A DNA stretch of 63,187 nucleotides, the filler included, from Lenisia limosa (lineage: Eukaryota > Protista > Breviatea): the NCBI GenBank assembly GCA_001655205.1. It is 21 parts of 21 records of this genome, joined end to end, with 100 filler letters (N's around TTAATTAATTAA, not from the genome) between each part and the next. Parts side by side here need not be neighbours in the genome. Positions count along the whole stretch, not along the records: positions 61,402 to 63,187 come from LPNZ01005871.1; 20 more parts are not named here. One strand, given 5' to 3'. The number at the start of each line of letters is the position of its first letter. Position 1 is the stretch's first letter. The notes below the pieces were generated by a model. That model searched no databases, was not told the origin of the DNA, and saw only the letters and a program-made list of their open reading frames with translations. The position numbers were made by a program, and so were the translations under genes. Positions 61,402-63,187 of this stretch are shown piece after piece.

Positions 61402-63030
61402 CCAGAGATTGGTGAGGGTTCCGTCCGCTGCCACTGTCCATTGACCGGTCGGTAAGTTAGGCGTGTTGATGTCTTTGCCCTGTATAATGATATAATGTTG
61501 CAAGGGCTTCACTAAGGTACGAAAAAGACCGGTAAAATATTGATATTTAGCGAGGGTTTATCAAGAAATTTAGTCTTTTTGGGACCGAAGGAAATCCCAA
61601 GTTGCAAATAAGCAATATTAGGGCTCCGTGTAATTAATCAATAATATAATATCAGCAATTAAAGAGGGAGTACTGCAAGTTATGCAGTCCTTCAATAAAG
61701 CTAATTATTGGATAAACAAAAAGAGGGCGTGAAGGGGGAGGGGTGAATTGGACAATAGACGAAACAAAAAAAGCTCAAAATCAGAAGGAGGCCACGACGG
61801 ATATGTGCATTAGGTAAGTCAGAGTAAAGAAAGGACTAAAGGATTAAATCCAAATTGGGCCTGAAATGAATTGCCTACCTTCTTGGATGCTTCTAGCTGC
61901 TGCTTCAGATCCTCGTCATCGGGGTCGGCTCCGAAATGCACAGGCGGTTCTACCACCTGAAGGAAATGGCATTAATGTCAATTGAAACAAGGAGCATAAA
62001 GAGTATTGGAGTAAAGTCTGTATTGAAACTAGGATCATAAAGAGTAAAGCCTTTATTGTAACTTGGGTCATAAAGATACGGCGTTTCAACACCCGTATTA
62101 ATACGTTAACTACGCTACTCCACTGTATATTCAGGGTGATCTCTTCTTGTGCTCAGGTTTATACATCGTAATTAAAAGGGGAAACAAGAAAACCACCATC
62201 ATAAGAGGTAAAAGAGAAAAGCAATATGCCCCAGGGCCCCAAAACAAGATAACAACACACACACACACACAAAAAAAACAAAAACAAAAAAAAAANNNNN
62301 NNNNNNNNNNNNNNNNNNNNNNNNNNNNNNNNNNNNNNNNNNNNNNNNNNNNNNNNNNNNNNNNNNNNNNNNNNNNNNNNNNNNNNNNNNNNNNNTAGCT
62401 CACGACTTCAGCAATCTGCACCTGGAACAGTAAATTATGACCCCAATTAATTGGAAAATTAATTGCGAAATTTGAGACATATTGCATGGTAATTTGTTCA
62501 TGGCATCCCAATGTATTCATTTGTTTCCCTAGATTTCTAATGTAGTATATCTTTCCTCTTGTCAAACAAAATTGTAACTAGAACGACACTTCAAATGAAA
62601 TTCAAATTTTCCCAAATAATTTATCATCACATTTTCACAGTGAGTCCCAAACCCGACCCCTAAACCCTTCGTAACAATAGGGCTTTTTTACGCTCCGAAA
62701 AAGACCGTTAAAATATCGATTTTATCGAGGATTTATCGAGAAATTGGGACGGTAGAGAAGCCTTAGTAACAATTAAAGGGGCTCATCTAAAAAGAGGGTG
62801 GCATCGTCTGTAGAAAAAAAGAAAACATTAAAAAGTGGTAAAAGTGGTATCTTTATGAACAAAATTAAAAAATAAAAGGTGAATTTTTGCATATAGTACA
62901 CATACTTTTTTTAATGAGCCACCCCATTTTGAGACAAACTATTACAGATTCCACTAACCTTCAGCGCCATGGGTTCCATCGCCGCCATAAGATCACGCGA
63001 ATACGCAGACAAAACGTCAAATTTCAGAGT
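61402..63030 (-). CDS. Internal exons of an unidentified protein
   Basis: Phase-0 exons TLKFDVLSAYSRDLMAAMEPMALK, VQIAEVVS.., VVEPPVHFGADPDDEDLKQQLEASKK and GKDINTPNLPTGQWTVAADGTLTNLW. Confidence 0.55.
61503..61598. mobile_element. Family A MITE (intronic)
   Basis: TIRs plus degenerate core. Confidence 0.75.
62680..62763. mobile_element. Family A MITE (intronic)
   Basis: TIR remnants plus core. Confidence 0.7.
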
Positions 63031-63187
63031 CTAGGATGATAAAACGATAATTGGCACAAAGTGGAAGATAGAGTGAAAGAGAGCAAAGAGAGTAACTGAA
63101 CGGAATGTGGGAGTTTCTCTTAAATAAATATATAGGTGACCCCACATAACCGTACCCAGCCACATAACCGTACCCACTTTTTAAAAA

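Noticed and set aside
311-62565. Most ORFs in the supplied six-frame track
   Set aside because: They are short, run through N gaps, repeats or introns, or are antisense shadows of real exons. True genes here are spliced.
63140-63176. CCACATAACCGTACCC twice near the window end as a telomeric repeat
   Set aside because: Only two copies, followed by ordinary sequence.

Overview
This is not a contiguous locus. It is about 21 short contigs joined by artificial 100-nt spacers (N44-TTAATTAATTAA-N44), with further N gaps inside contigs. Almost all of it is nuclear DNA of an intron-rich eukaryote using the standard code and GT-AG introns. Recognisable gene pieces, all identified by eye from spliced translations: eRF3, an RA/FERM-F1 domain protein, neurofibromin (NF1/IRA), mitochondrial GrpE/Mge1 with a presequence, a multi-TM class I phosphodiesterase, TADA1, an MBOAT lysophospholipid acyltransferase, Tim9, an SMG8-like protein, a CARMIL-like PH protein, a HipN-domain protein and PP2A B55. 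One contig (17654-18789) is bacterial 23S rRNA of probable Campylobacterota type, which suggests a co-cultured bacterium or symbiont. Two decayed, intron-containing transposases (piggyBac and pogo, about DD35D) lie head-to-head at 34.5-38.4 kb. Introns of the fragmented contigs carry at least six short interspersed repeat families. The most striking observation is that one family (B/E) repeatedly sits antisense directly against 3' splice sites and forms their pyrimidine tract. Many introns also start with G-runs and end with C-runs. A roughly 90-bp palindromic MITE (family A) occurs about 24 times. No database searches were possible; copy counts and coordinates are manual and approximate.
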